From: the human T2T-CHM13v2.0 reference genome, Homo sapiens
DNA length: 64,000 bases
Assembly (NCBI RefSeq): GCF_009914755.1
Contig: NC_060928.1
Direction: 5' to 3' (one strand)
Positions 55,400 through 64,000 of this stretch are shown here, piece after piece. A program made the translations under genes and the position numbers. Below the pieces are notes generated by a model. That model was not told the origin of the DNA. It saw only the letters and a list, made by a program, of their open reading frames with translations, and did not search any database. Position 1 is the first letter of the stretch. Every line of letters begins with the position of its first letter.

Positions 55400-57350
55400 C
55401 AAGAATTTCTCAAGAGCCTGCAATTATGCAAACACAGCTCAACAGTGGGGGAAAGGGGATGTTATCTCTTCAGTCATTATTCAGTAACCACTCTCAGCAA
55501 GGTGAAGTATCAGGCACTCAAGGGAAGATAAGATGAACATGGTTTGGCTCCTTTTCCTAGACCTGACCAGGTGAGTCTATGGCTCACACTTTGATGATTG
55601 CTGTAGTGGTGATACCTCATCACTCCGACATTTTGACATCAAATTAAGAGGTGATGTTGTCTGGGGTGGTGTTATTTTTGTGATAAACTTCTGAGTAAGG
55701 GCCATGTCCATTTGGAAGGCCATATCTTTCCCAACTAAGTACCCAGTGGAGTTGATGTGAGTCTTACCATTGGCCATGTTTGGTTAAAGCAATGGCTTAT
55801 TAGGAGGGTGTGAGCCATTGGATCATAAATTAATGAAAGAACCCAGACTGACTTCTTAGTACATTTTCTGTTGCTATAACTGAATACTTGAGACCAAGTA
55901 ATTATAAAGAAAAGGAGTTTATTCGACTCACTGTTCTGGATGGTGGGAAGTTTAAGATTGGGCAGCTGCATCTGGGAAGGGCTTCATGCTGCAACATAGC
56001 ATGGTGGATAGCATCAAGTGGTGAGAATGCCTGTGAGAGCAGTGAACAGGCATGTGCAAAGGAAACCAAACACAAATGGGACCTAGCCTTATAACAACCC
56101 ACTCTTGTGTTAACTAATCTACTCTCATGAGAGTGAGAAGTCATTCCCACAAGACAACATTAATCTTTTAATGAAGACAGATCCCTCCTGACCCAAATGC
56201 CTGTAATGCCTCTCAACATCATTACATTGGGGACCATGCCTCTATATGAGCTTTGTTGGGAAGGCACAGACCAAGAGTAATAAAATCAAAAGTCAACAGA
56301 ATGGTGTGCAGGATGACACCAGGTAGCTTCAATTATGATAGAAGAAATCAGTCTCATATCTGCCTAGCCCTTGGGACAATTTATGGTAATTGATCCCTGT
56401 AGAGTTTGGGCCCTACATTTGGCCTCCTCCCCTTACGTGATGGAGGCAAGATGGAATTTTTATAAAGACACCTTAAGTCCTGGGCAAAAAAGAAACTCAT
56501 TTAGGTGTTTATCTGATGGCCTGAAATTTTAAAAGAAGTTGTTTGAGGAGGCCATTTTGTATCTCAACAACACCAGTTTTCTGAGACCTATAATCTCCTG
56601 TAGCACAATGACATCTACCAGGTGACTGAGAATGAACAAAGCTACAACCCTATAGAGATAGAATATGCCCAAGGACCCAGTATTGGCTCCATCCTGTCTA
56701 AGATGCCCTCAGTAGCTGTGTGAAGCTTGTGGGTACTGTACCTATGACCCAAAACATAATGAGTATAGAGGGTCATGGGCTCAGGTCACAATAGCAGCAA
56801 GGCCAGTAACAACAAAGAGATTTGCCCATATAGCAATATTTAAGGTTTCTAGGAGTCACAGTTTTCCATGGGGAGACACCCTACACCTCGCCGCCAACCA
56901 TTAGAGATGGGCCTGTCTAAATTTGGAATCAAATGGGTGAGTATCTTCATAGAGTCCCAATGCTCAGGGGCCCAACAGTCAATGTCAACCCGTGATGGAC
57001 TGTTCAAGGAGGACCTCACTTGTCCAGGACTTTGTCCACCAGAGTAAGAGAAGATTTGTTACAAGAAGGGAGTTGTGCCTGGGCCTGAATGCCCAGCTCC
57101 TGAATTCTCTATGGTGAGCCCTGTCTACGGTCTTGGCAGGCAGGTCATCAGTCTCGGTGCCCTCAAAGCACCCTAGGGGCAGCCACTCCCTGCTCCTCCT
57201 CTCTCCAGAAAGCGTTTACTGTACTAATTACCCAAATTGCCTGCTTAACCTCACATCTGCCTGGTCACTTGGTCCAGTAAGGTGTGCACTGGGGACCTCT
57301 CTCACTCCCAATGGTACTACTACCTGTGCAAAGCAAGATCTGAGGTCCTT
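55400..57350 (-). mobile_element. Possible highly decayed ERV internal sequence, interrupted by an MST LTR
   Basis: Composition and fragments resemble antisense ERVL-type internal region; no intact ORF; not verifiable by eye. Confidence 0.3.
55854..56270 (-). mobile_element. MST (MSTC/D-like) LTR
   Basis: cttagtacattttctgttgctataactgaatacttgagacc...taattataaagaaaaggagtttatt...attacattggggacc. Confidence 0.78.
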
Positions 57351-57614
57351 CCCTTGCCACAGTTTAGACTAGAAAACTGTGAAAGGGCACAGCAGAGGTA
57401 GCACAAGGCAATGGCAGCCAAAGCACAGGCACCCCACCGGCCGGCAATGCCCTCCCAAGTAGAGCTAATTCCTCCCTGGATTAGCTAATTCCTAAAGATA
57501 ATACAGTATATGTGGTTGGCACAGTCAGCTAACGAGCCAAGAGCAGAAGGAGGCACGGTCCTTATGGAACACTGAGTCACCTTGCCGGTTGCTCAACTGT
57601 CCCAAAACGTACCT

Positions 57615-58460
57615 GTGGGATTTTAACTCATGAACGTGACTGAATGATGACACAAAGAGGCTGGTGCCATTGAAAAAATAATTTACTACAGTTACCTCCT
57701 CCCCACACCCCCGTATCTACAGGTTTCACATTTGTGGATTCAATCAACTGCAGATCAAAAATATTTTTTAAAAAATTTAAAAAAAACCATGAAAAATAAT
57801 GCAAATAAATAATACACTATAACAATGACTTACATAGCACTTATGTTGTATTAGGTATTGTAAGTAATCTAGAGATGACTTAAAGTATACAGGAAGATGT
57901 GCATAGGTTATATGCAAATACCATGCCATTTTACAGAGGAGACTTGAGCATCTGCAAATTTGAGTAGCCATGGAGGTCCTGGAACTAATCCTCCTTAAAT
58001 ACCCAGGCATGACTGTACTCACCTTTCCAAAGAGAAGGAGCATGCCACAGCACCCAGGGCTTCAGCAGGAGAAACATGAGGTTTGGGTCAGGTGGTGAAA
58101 GCAGGAGCGAGGGAACACCTAGGCCAGAGCCCTTATCATCGTTTCCGAGGGAAAGTTGAGGCTGGATGGAGAATATGGTCTCGGATGTGCTGGTTTTAAT
58201 AATTCCAGCAGGCTCTGGGGCACGTGGTGTGGCTGTCTGGTCCTGTCTCCAGGTAGATTTAGGGTAAGGGTTAATACTGGCTTGGTATGTGAGAGTTAGA
58301 TAAAGGGAATGGTTGGTTTACATGTGACAGGCGTGATCCCAAACATACTGTGTCATCTTTAGGAATTAGCTAACCCAGGGAGGTCTGTCTCTCCCTGAAT
58401 TTATCAGGTTCCCAAAGGTATCAAAACAGCATGAGTTGAAAAAATAAAAGCACATGATTA
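57615..58460. mobile_element. MER77/MER68-like LTR split by MER2
   Basis: gccattgaaaaaataatttacta | ctcacctttccaaagagaaggagcatgccac rejoin across the insertion; similar to 24405-24760. Confidence 0.5.
57689..58015 (-). mobile_element. MER2 (Tigger-family MITE)
   Basis: cag...ctg termini with TA duplication (57687-88, 58016-17); core aagtaatctagagatgacttaaagtatacagg...ggttatatgcaaatac. Confidence 0.88.
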
Positions 58461-59265
58461 ATACGACCACCCAGTCTCATAGATTAAGGAACATGAATGT
58501 CACCATCATGCTTGGTTTTGTATCACCTCAGCTTTTCTCCGCATTTGTACTTTGTTTTCTCGGACTAATTTTCTCTACTTCGTGGGAAACACGGGTGTCA
58601 CCAGTTCCAAGCCAAGCAGAAGTGCGAACAATCCCAGGGAGAGATATGATAGGTTGGTCTTGAGTCGCATTCCTGCCATTGGATTTGTCAACCATGGCCA
58701 AAGAGCAGGATTCTATGATGAATGGCCCAGGCCTCTGAAACATGCAGCTGGGTTTGGAGGAGGAGCAACTATTCTCCCAGAAGGAGAGTGCTGTTCCCAG
58801 AAGGGAGAGAACCTATAATGTAATTGCCTGTGCTGGAAGAAAGCTACGGATAAGGTCAACAAAGAGGTTTGCGGGGGAACATTCAAGGTTTCACCTTAGG
58901 CTTCATCCAGACCAGGGGCTGTCAACCTTGCCAAGGATGAGGATCCTCTTACAACATCCACACTCTGTGCAGACCTGCCCGTCGCAGCACTCAATCACAA
59001 ACTGTGACTGAGAAACAATGTGATGGTAAGAGTGACAGCAGCTACCACTTGAGCTATTACTCCTTGGAATTTGTGTGGATAATCTCATGTAATCCTTGAA
59101 TCACGCTTAGGAGACAGGTACTGTTATTATTCACATTATGGAGAGGAGAAAATAAAAGATCACTCAAAACCAGACAGCTAGTGAACGATGGGCCAGAGTC
59201 CAAAACAGGTCATTGATTCAAAAAAATGTATTCACTTAACCTATGTTATCAAAAAGTGCCACACG

Positions 59266-59560
<295 letters not shown>

Positions 59561-59720
59561 AAACAAAAAGTGGCACAATAGTACATGGGATTGGTAATGC
59601 CTTTAAATACAGTTGCATTTTATTTACCACAATGCTATCTACGGTCATTTGAAAATGAATTGTACATTTGTTTACAATAAATATTACTAATTTTTATTTT
59701 TTCTTTTAAAATATTTTTTA

Positions 59721-60011
59721 GGCATGGTACGGTGGCTCATGCCTGTAATCCCTGCGCTTTGGGAGGCTGAGGCAGGGAGATCACTTGAGGCCAGGAGTTT
59801 GAGACCGGCCTGGCCAACATGGAAAAACTTTCTCTTTAATAAAAACACAAAAATTGGCTGGTAGGGATGGTGGTGAGCCCCTGTAACCCAGCTACTTGGG
59901 AGGCTGAGTCTTGAGAATCACTTAAACCTGAGAGGAAGTGATTGCAGTCAGCCAAGATCACACCACTGCACTCCAGCCTGGAAAGACTCCATCTCTAAAT
60001 AAATAAATAAA
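59721..60011 (+). mobile_element. Alu (J/S) with (AAAT)n tail, inserted in the tail of the opposite-strand Alu
   Basis: Both arms; TSD aaatatttttta at ~59709-59720 and ~60013-60024. Confidence 0.9.
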
Positions 60012-60017
60012 TAAATA

Positions 60018-60300
60018 TTTTTTAGAGACAGGGTCTCACTCTATCACCTAGGCCAGCATGCAGTGGCACAATTATGGCTCACTGCAGCCTTGAATTCCTG
60101 GGCTCCTGTGATTCTTCCACCTCAGCCTCCCAAATAGTTAGGACTGCAGGCACACACCATCACACCCAGCTAAGTTTAAAGTTTTTTTTGTAGAGACAGG
60201 GTCTCATTTTGTTGCCCAGACTTGTCTTGAACTCCTGGACTCAGGTGATCCTCCTGCTTTGGCCTCCCAAAGCACTGAGATTATAGCCACTGTGCCTGGC
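60018..60300 (-). mobile_element. AluJ
   Basis: gagacagggtctcac...gcagccttgaattcctgggctc...gccactgtgcctggc. Confidence 0.9.
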
Positions 60301-61117
60301 AATATGTTGCTAATTTAATGGCCTCATGAATCCCTACATCTCCCCCTTCTAGCCCAATGTCCTCTATTCTCCCTACCCCAAGCCAGGCCCTGCTCTGGAG
60401 TCCTTTGGGGTCACCACTTGGAAAACTCTGAGATAACACAGGCTGCCGCTCCCGAATGACCAAGGGGAAGAAATTCCACTGGGGCACTGGAAGAGGAAAA
60501 ACAGTATAGGCATCCCATAACCAGCTCATCCTGAGAACTTGTACACCATTTCAAACATGGCGGAGACAAACCCTACAGAAGGACGGTGTCATCTGAGTGT
60601 GACAAAGGGAGGGATAGAGAATTAGACTCCTGCCCATGGGGCAGGTTTGATTTAGTAACATGTTCCCCCTTCTTTCAATGTAAATGATCTGAAAACAAAA
60701 AAGGGGCCAGAAACCTGTTTCACTCTCCCTTTAAAACAATTATCTGAATAAATTCAACAACTTAATTTGTCTTAGGCTTAGAACTTACACTAACAAAATG
60801 TTGTGACAAATTTTCATATTTAGCAGTGATGTGATTTCATATTTTGCAGTGATCAGGTTGATTTAGGCTCATGTCTTTCCCAGATTTGGTTGCAAGACTC
60901 ATATTTCCAGTTTTCAGAAGCATCTGTGACTCCATTGAGATAGCATGTGGCAACCTTATCCAGGAAGACCAGTCTGATGTATGAAGAGTTTTTCCTTCCT
61001 GTTTCATCAAGTTTATCTGTCTACCTGATTTATAATCATACTATGAATCTGCATAGCACAATATCATTGTCAAAGCCCTTCACTGTGTATTATTACTATA
61101 TTAGATCTTTTTAAAAT

Positions 61118-61272
61118 TATTTTATTTATTTGTTTGTTTGTTTATTTATTTTTGCAGAGACAGCATCTTGCTATTTTGCTCAGGCTGGTCCTGAACTCCT
61201 GGACTCAAGCAATCCTCCTGTGTTGGCCTCCCAAAGTCCTGGGATTACAGGCATGAGCCACTGCTCCCAGCC
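61118..61272 (-). mobile_element. FLAM / Alu left monomer
   Basis: Single arm with (TTTA/TTTG) tail. Confidence 0.85.
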
Positions 61273-61999
61273 CCATCTGATCTCGATAGTCCTCAATAAG
61301 GAGTAGCCATTATTATCACCTGAAATAAAGATGAGGAAACTGACTTCTTTAGTGACTTCCCTCAAGTTTGTTGAAGTGTTTCATTTCAACAAGTACTCGT
61401 TTGCTAAAGTTAGGCCCAGCTCTCCCATTCTAGTAGAGAAAATACAGTATTTTTTTCTTACTCTGGTGGAAAAAGATGAAAAGTGATACCACAATCCAAA
61501 ACTAAATCTGGCAGTAACTGATGCATGCTTCTAGGAAGAGTCCAGCAGAAAGCTGCACAGGGGAAATCTTGGTACCTCTTCAGTTCACAGCCTGACCTGG
61601 TTTGGCTTCAAGAAGCAGAGAGGACCACAGAAAAGGAGAGAAAGAAAGGGAACAGATACTTCCAGGGAGGTGTGAGACAAAGGGTGAGTAATTCAAAGGC
61701 TAGAGAGAGATGGTGAATATGTGCTCACATAAAACAGGTCACTCTCATTTAATAGGTCTAAAGACTTTCTCAGCTCTAATTTCTAAGGTGTCAATAGCTA
61801 ATGACTTCATGGTAAGGTAAGAAAGATGTTGTTTAAGGAACAGCTACAAAACCTCCCAGCTGCCTACAGAAGGGCATTAGGCTTGATCTAGAGGCAAAAT
61901 ATGTCCTTTAAGAGTTCCTCTGTGCTGATTATTAACTGTAATCATTGTGGGGCACAAAAATATGTTACATATTAGTAGTTAGAAACACAACAAAGGATT

Positions 62000-62207
62000 T
62001 TTAGTTTTTTTTTATTTCTATAGATTTTTGGAAAACCGGTGGTATTTGGTTACATGAATAAGTTTTTTAGTGGTGATTTGTGAGATTTTGGTGCACCCAT
62101 CTCACAAGCAGTATACACTGAACCCAATTTGTACTCTTTTATCCCTCACCCCCTCCCAACGCTTTCCCCCTGAGTCCCCAGAGTCCACTGTGTCATTCTT
62201 ATGCCTG
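62000..62207 (-). mobile_element. L1PB-type 3' end
   Basis: ggtggtatttggttacatgaataagttttttagtggtgatttgtgagattttggtgcaccc. Confidence 0.85.
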
Positions 62208-62208
62208 G

Positions 62209-62562
62209 TGTATTAGTTTGTTTTCATGCTGCTGATAAAGACATACCCGAGACTGGGAAGAAAAAGAGGTTTAATTGGACTTACAGTTCCACATGGCTGG
62301 GGAGGCCTCAGAATCATGACAGGAGGCAAAAGGCACTTCTTACATGGTAGCAGTAAGAGAAAATGGGGAAGAAGCAAAAGCCAAAATCCCTGATAAACCC
62401 ATCACATCTCATGAAACTTATTAACTACCGTGAGAATAGTATGGGAAAGACCATCCCCCATGATTCAATTACCTTCCCCTGGGTCCCTCCCACAACACAT
62501 GGGAATTCTGGGAGATACAATTCAAGTTGAGATTTCAAAGGGAACACAGCTGAATCTTATTA
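62209..62562 (-). mobile_element. THE1C-like LTR (3' LTR of a THE1 element)
   Basis: tgtattagtttgttttcatgctgctgataaagacatacccgagactgggaagaaaaagagg...; continues directly into THE1 internal sequence. Confidence 0.9.
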
Positions 62563-63321
62563 TTCTGCCACTGCCCCCTCTAAATCTCATGTCCTTGAAT
62601 TTCAAAACCAATCATGCCTTCCAAACAGTCCCCCAAAGTCTTAACTCATTTCAGCATTAACCCAAAAGTTGACAGTATGAAGTCCCATCTGAGACAAGGC
62701 AAGTCCCTTTTGCCTATGAGCCTGTAAAACCAAGCTAGTTACTTCCTAGATACAATGGGGGTATAGGTATTTGGTAGATACAGCTGTTCCAAATGGGAGA
62801 AATTGACCAAAAGAAAGGGGTTACAGGGCCCATGCAAGTCCAAAATCCAGCCAGGCAGTCAAATTTTAAAGCTCCAAAATGATCTCCTTTGACTTCAGGT
62901 CTCACATCCAGATCACACTGATACAAGAGGTAGGTTCTCATGGTCTTGGGCAGCTCTGTCCCTGTGGCTTTGTAGAGTACAGCCTACCTCCTGGGTACTT
63001 TCATGGGCTGACGCTGAGTGTCTGCAGCTTTTCCAGGCACACAACAGTGCAAGCTGTTGGTGGATCTACCATTCTGGGGTCTGTAGGACAGTGGCCCTCT
63101 TCTCACAGCTCCACTAGGCAGTGCCCTAGTAGGGACTATGTGTGGGGGCTCCAACCCCACATTTCCCTTCTGCACTGCCCCAGCAAAAGTTCTCCAAGAA
63201 GGCCCCACTCCTACAGCAAACTTTTGCCTGGGCATCCAGGCATTTCCATACATCTTCAGAAATCTAGGTGGAGGTTCCCAAACCTCAGCTCTTGACTTCT
63301 GTGCATCTGCAGGCTCAACAC

Positions 63322-63782
63322 TGTAGGAGATCAGTCAAAGTGGTGGGAGAAATTATAGGCAAAGGGCACAAACCTTCGGAAAGGTCAGAAGGCTCTGCAA
63401 AGCTTCAGGGAGAATAAGATAAAGGCAGCTGTTCTCTTACCCTGAGGCAGTGGGTGAGAAGTAGGTACAAGGGAGTGCAGGGGAATTTATCTAAATAGGC
63501 TTGTTTACTCATTTTGACCAGAAAAAGACCTTTGATCATCCACGCGTGACCAGTTCCCTAAAAGGAGAATAATAAATGTTAATTACCCACAGACTGTGTT
63601 TGCTCCAGGCTTTCGGCATTATGCCTGTACTAAATAAAAGCAAGCAGCTCCAGCTTATCGAGGCTGCTCTTTTCTTTGGTCCCTAGTGCCAGCAGCCCCC
63701 TAGCTGCTCTTATACTGCATGCCTGTGTCTGAGTACTCCTTTCATCTGTCGCTTGGCCAGGGTCTGCGGGATGGACCCAGCA
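63322..63782 (+). mobile_element. LTR22 (HERV-K HML-5) LTR
   Basis: TGTAGGAGATCAGTCAAAGTGGTGGGAGAAATTATAGG start, AATAAAA at 63633, end ggacccagCA. Confidence 0.82.
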
Positions 63783-63784
63783 GC

Positions 63785-63799
63785 TGGTGCCCCTGTGAG
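63785..63799 (+). other. Retroviral primer-binding site, tRNA-Met-like
   Basis: TGGTGCCCCTGTGAG 2 nt after the LTR end; matches the complement of elongator tRNA-Met 3' end (TGGTGCCCCGTGTGAG) with one deletion. Confidence 0.7.
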
Positions 63800-64000
63800 A
63801 CTCAAAACTTCCAAGGCTTGAGGCTTCCACCCTCTGAAGCCACAGCCTGAGCTTTACATTGGCCCCTTTCAGCCATGGCTGGAGCAGCTGGAACACAGGT
63901 CACCAAGTCCCAAGGCTGCGCACAGCATGGGGACCCTGGGCCTGGCCCCCTAAACCACTTTTTCCTTCTGGACCTCTGGTCCTGTGATGGGAGGGGCTGC

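Larger units (their letters stand above)
62563..64000 (-). mobile_element. THE1 internal region (continues out of window), interrupted by LTR22
   Basis: aaatctcatgtcc...ccatctgagacaaggcaagtccc...gctccaaaatgatctcctttgac...ggcagtgccctagtagggact. Confidence 0.9.

Noticed and set aside
62879-63295. 138-aa ORF in THE1 internal region
   Set aside because: Antisense to a decayed MaLR internal sequence; no gag/pol motif.

Overview
Human (primate) genomic DNA with one protein-coding gene, FGFBP1 (fibroblast growth factor-binding protein 1, 234 aa). Its CDS lies in one exon on the minus strand (45609-46313). The sequence also shows a non-coding first exon, a ~1.6 kb intron, a TATA/C-EBP/E-box/AP-1/Sp1 promoter near 48050-48121 and a polyA signal at 45281. 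From prior knowledge this is the CD38-FGFBP1-FGFBP2 interval of chr4p15. The rest is repeat-dense intergenic DNA: about 22 Alus, many LTRs, L1, L2, MIR, DNA-transposon fossils and microsatellites, plus a small orphan CpG-rich promoter-like island at ~15.65-15.9 kb. Repeat subfamily names come from memory of consensus sequences and boundaries are approximate. I see no new protein-coding system; the other ORFs look like noise. The most interesting unexplained structure is three apparently independent 80-300 bp local copy-paste insertions. Each is copied from a donor 1.6-2.0 kb away, and each has a fold-back palindrome or re-copied flank at its left junction. Also notable are an LTR22 followed only by its tRNA-Met primer-binding site, a promoter whose TATA box and C/EBP site are two copies of one 20-bp tandem duplication, and long palindromes flanking the FGFBP1 TSS.
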